Assembly (NCBI GenBank): GCA_021432655.1
Contig: MU271251.1
Span: forward strand, 1 to 64,000
Direction: 5' to 3'
From: Atractiella rhizophila
Lineage: Eukaryota
Length of the DNA: 64,000 bases
In this document: positions 60,262 to 64,000 of the stretch, in pieces
Numbering within the stretch: position 1 is the stretch's first letter
How the letters are laid out: the number at the start of each line of letters is the position of its first letter
Program-made: the position numbers and the translations under genes
Notes under the pieces: model-generated
Database searches by the model: none
The model's input: the letters and a program-made list of their open reading frames with translations, nothing else
What the model was told of the DNA's origin: nothing

Positions 60262-60650
60262 AATGCGCAGCGTCCACTTCCTCAAAAATGTGTAGAACAG
60301 TTTTGATTCCTTCTTTGTTAAGAGGATTGCAGGATTTGCGATTGTTGGTTTGCAAGTCGTCGCTAGATGTTGATGTTTGCGGTTGTAGTACTAATTATGT
60401 TTAATTAACGTTCGTACTCGCTTCGTCATTTCGATTCAATCCTTTCACTATTTTAACAATTTCATTGTTCTTTCCTCATGGCTTCGTCGCCTTGGACTCA
60501 TTCCCTTCATGCGTGAGATTGTTGATGTTCTTTTAGGGTCGCAGTTGGAGATGTGCATGGATCCGGGATTGTGAATGTTTTGATGATTGTAACCCTGCTT
60601 GTATTCCTACAAAATTACCACCGTATTTCTTCATCAGATGTATTTCCATC

Positions 60651-61932
60651 CTACTGTGCAGGCGGAGGGCCAGCTCCCATCTTGCTCAGGTCGCTATCAT
60701 AATCAATGGCCACATCCTTCACCTGGTCCCAAAGCTGCTCCACTTGGTCTACCACATCTGAAGGAAGAGGTCCCTTCTCCAGGAATTCGATGTTCTTCTG
60801 CCAGTGCTCGACCCGACTTCCTCCAATCATGATAGCATCCCCATTCTCCTTCTTCAACGGGCTGTGGTGAGCTATCCATCGCAGAGCCACCTCAATACCC
60901 TGAAGGTCGGGATGGTCTTTCTTCAGAAAGTCGAGGAAACGAGTAACGGCCGTGAAAAGAGCGTCTTTGAAATACCACATCCGCGATATGGCAGCCATTC
61001 CATTGTCTCCAGCGAATCTACGGTATGTTTTGACAAGGAAGTAAGGCGGCGAGGGGAAAACGCACCTTCCGGCTTGGTTTCGGTTCGTGAGCCATTTGCC
61101 AGATAGGAACCTGGGACAGAACGTTTAAGAGAAGCGCAAAAACCATCGGATGAGCTAACCCTCCAGCTGAAGGGCTGAAAGCCCAAAATCCAATATTGTG
61201 GTTTCTCAAAAATGGGAGGAGTTTTTCTTCTGGGTTTCTAGAAAGAATATTGTACTGTCCTGTGCAAACAACAAATCATCCGAAGACGGTAGGTGTAGGG
61301 AGGCCGACACAAACCTTCGTATACTGAGATGGGGACGTAATTGTTCTTCTTCGAGACGTTGACGAATTCTTCTAGATCCTCGAGGGCAAAATTTGACAAG
61401 CCAAACTGTACCAGTTTTTAGATGTTTTCGACGGAGAAAAACGTCGAAATACCTGCTCAAATTTGCCCTCTTTATGGAGTGCGTCCACAGTACTCAAAGT
61501 TTCCTCTACACTAGTCACTTTCCCCGGCTCAGGCGTTTGCAGCATGAAAATCTTGACCTTTTTCACTCCTAACCTTTCCAAACTGCCTTCGATGGACTCC
61601 CTCAAGTTTTCGGCGTTATGGGCCAAAGGTCTCAGGCTGAAAGCTTTCAAGGAGATGGTGAGCTTGTCCAAGTGTTGAGATTGGCCAATGAGACGCTCGG
61701 AAGAGCCGCTATCGGGAGGAGATGGGTACATTGCGCCAGTATCGACGAATGAGTATCCCCGTTCAACGCTCCAGGAAAACAAGCGATCGACCTCTTGCAC
61801 CGATTTGATCATGGCTATATCACCCGTGCCGAACTTGGCTGAGCAGCGGCATCAGAAATGTGGATGAGGTATAGAGGAAAGGGACACACCAGCTCCTATG
61901 ATGACAGGAATAGCAGATTTGCTGACAGCCAT
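60651..61932 (-). CDS. Aldo-keto reductase, aflatoxin-aldehyde-reductase (AKR7)-like
   Basis: VDTGAMY, SERLIG, SLERLG, LHKEGKF, GLSNF, AFSPSAGG, ALRWIAHHSPL, GDAIMIGGS. Confidence 0.85.
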
Positions 61933-64000
61933 TGTGTTCAGGAACGTTCTTAGGAAATTTGGGCTCTTGAGATGAGTATAACCACCGGTTCGGTTTGCAA
62001 TCCAAACATCCTCTCCTCTTTTATACTTGCCCATTCGGCGATATTGTTTCGGGGTTCACGAATTTGACAGCGTGCAGAACTCGAAGCACGGCACTGAGTT
62101 ACGAGAAGAGTGGAAAGAATACGTAGACCCCAAGCTGCTCAGACTCTGTTTCCCCCCTCTGCCTGTAAATGCTTTCGGCGGGCCCGCTCAAATGCCTTGG
62201 CTGACAATATGAAGGAACTGCTTGAAATCACTGCGCTTGCGAAGCGTTGCGGAACAGGTCTCAGCGGCAGAAAAAGAGATTATGAAGCAATAAAGTGGAT
62301 GACATCTATGCCCTCTTGAGGCCGCTTCCCCGTGAACCCCTTACGCAACAGTGCACTTTTGACTGGGCAACAAATCGACGGCTTGTGTGCACTGATCGAA
62401 AAGCACCATGATTTGCCAAGCATCAACTTCTTACGCTCCGCCAGCTTCACTTTTTGAGCAAGATTCATCTTCAGCCCCTAACATATGAATGAGCGAGTTG
62501 TCTTACTCGACCCAGCAGCAACAAATAACGTAAGCAACTGCTTATTGTAGGGCTGATTTTACACAGTAACCAACTCACCTTGCCCAGCATTTATCCCCAT
62601 CCCCCCGCTTACTACCATGCAAAAATTACAGTCCCACTTAAAGCTCCAGCGCAGACGATGTGTTTCACAGTACCCTTCCAAACCCATCCAAAAGCCAAGA
62701 GCCTTCACGAAGCATCCATTCCTCTGAGTACACAGCACATAGGCTGCCAATCCATTCAGATTCAGCGGTTCAGTTGATTTGAGTTAATACCATTGATGCA
62801 CGTCGATGCGAGTCTTGATGATGCAAGCATCCTCTTCTTACTTCGAGTTGTGTCCTGGTTGTATGCATCTTCTTCTCCTGTTGTCCTGCATGTCAGTGTC
62901 GAACAACCCAAATGTGTCATGCATCAATATGCAGGTTTGATGATCAGGAAGCGACCTGGAACGAGAACCCAGGCCGAGCACTTCCCTTTTTGCTTCTTCG
63001 ACTCGGACTTTCTAACTTGATATTACCTGACACATTACAGTACCTGATTGCCTTGGCTATGTGCCGGAGAAGCTTGAGAAGTCTGAGAGATCGCTCGCGG
63101 CTGCTGCTGCATCTCTCCGCAGTGTGAAATGTTCCCATGTTCCCGTCTTTGCGCGCCGTTATTGTTGTGATTGCGTGAGCGGAGTTCACTATTGTGATTC
63201 TGCAGCAGCTCCTGTTTCCATTTCATAATAAGAGCGGAATTTGTTTCTCCAGGACTCCCATCCCCATCAGTTTGAATTTCAGGTCGTTCCCTGCCCTTTT
63301 TGGTCTCCTAACTTTCTTCACTTGGGCAATTCGAGAACTTTCCAGTGCTTATCTCTGCTTACAAGATCATTATTACTTGATACACTTGTTGTGGCGGTCT
63401 GTCCTTAGTTCGCCTAGCGCTCAGCACCACCAGCATATTTTCCGTGCAATCTTTCGCCATCAAGGCGCCATTACATTACGCCTTTATATATCTTCTCAGC
63501 TTCCGCTATTCTTCCGCACCTTTCAGCATAAATCGTTACCCCTTTATCCAATACCTGAACGTTCGAATATGGCGGAACACTCTGATTACCTACCAACCAC
63601 GGCCAACGGTCTGCAAGGCGAACATGCGAAGTCGGCTGTCTCCTCTGTCAGTTCGAACAAAGACGCCTCCGATTCGTTCATCGCTCGAATTCCCCTTCAG
63701 CGACTTACGCCGTGCCTATCTCGTCTGCCTCTCTCAGTTTCCAATGGCGATGGTAGCGCAAAAAGCCAGACACACCTTTCAGTGACGCCACCAGTAGCTC
63801 CCACACTCCTCCGAAAAGCGAGCGGTCTCAGCAATTCCTCCTCTTCCTTCGCGCTTTCCAGCTCGTCATCATCCTCTTCTAACCTTCTCGAAGGATCCTA
63901 CCAATCCTCAGTCCTCAGTACGTCGACTTCCGTAGACCAAGACGACTCCGGGAACGGTGATGGGGGAGCCTGCGACGTTAAATATTCCTCCGCGAGACTG

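Noticed and set aside
62790..64000. 3' part of a minus-strand gene entering from the right edge
   Set aside because: Some Q/N-rich and acidic frames exist, but no recognisable domain or consistent exon chain

Overview
Intron-dense fungal genomic DNA, most likely a basidiomycete (inferred from ~50-nt GT-AG introns with CTRAY-like branch points, the gene content and a snoRNA guide matching the basidiomycete-type 18S sequence). About 22 spliced or partial genes were reconstructed by hand. In order: beta-tubulin, IMPDH (hosting an intronic snR54-like C/D snoRNA), Cu/Zn SOD, a spermidine-synthase-like membrane methyltransferase, GH3 beta-glucosidase, a divergent ABCC transporter, a Gre2-like reductase, two tandem C-terminally truncated alanyl-tRNA-synthetase-like genes, an FMN alpha-hydroxy acid (lactate-type) oxidase, GPAT/DHAPAT, an MFS transporter, an unknown membrane-anchored protein, Sec61 alpha, a family-16 methyltransferase, a divergent acetate kinase/phosphoketolase pair, a second ABCC transporter, an intronless profilin, two aldo-keto reductases and a Myb factor. 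The most unusual feature is the pair of mini-AlaRS genes. They retain the adenylation core, lack the editing and C-Ala domains, carry substitutions at tRNA G3:U70 and pocket residues, and sit beside a lactate-oxidase-like gene, a reductase and an exporter. This suggests a non-translational acyl-adenylate/transfer function, which is inference only. Three genes also have 0.6-1.0 kb first introns with hairpin potential. Gene boundaries are manual and unverified by alignment.
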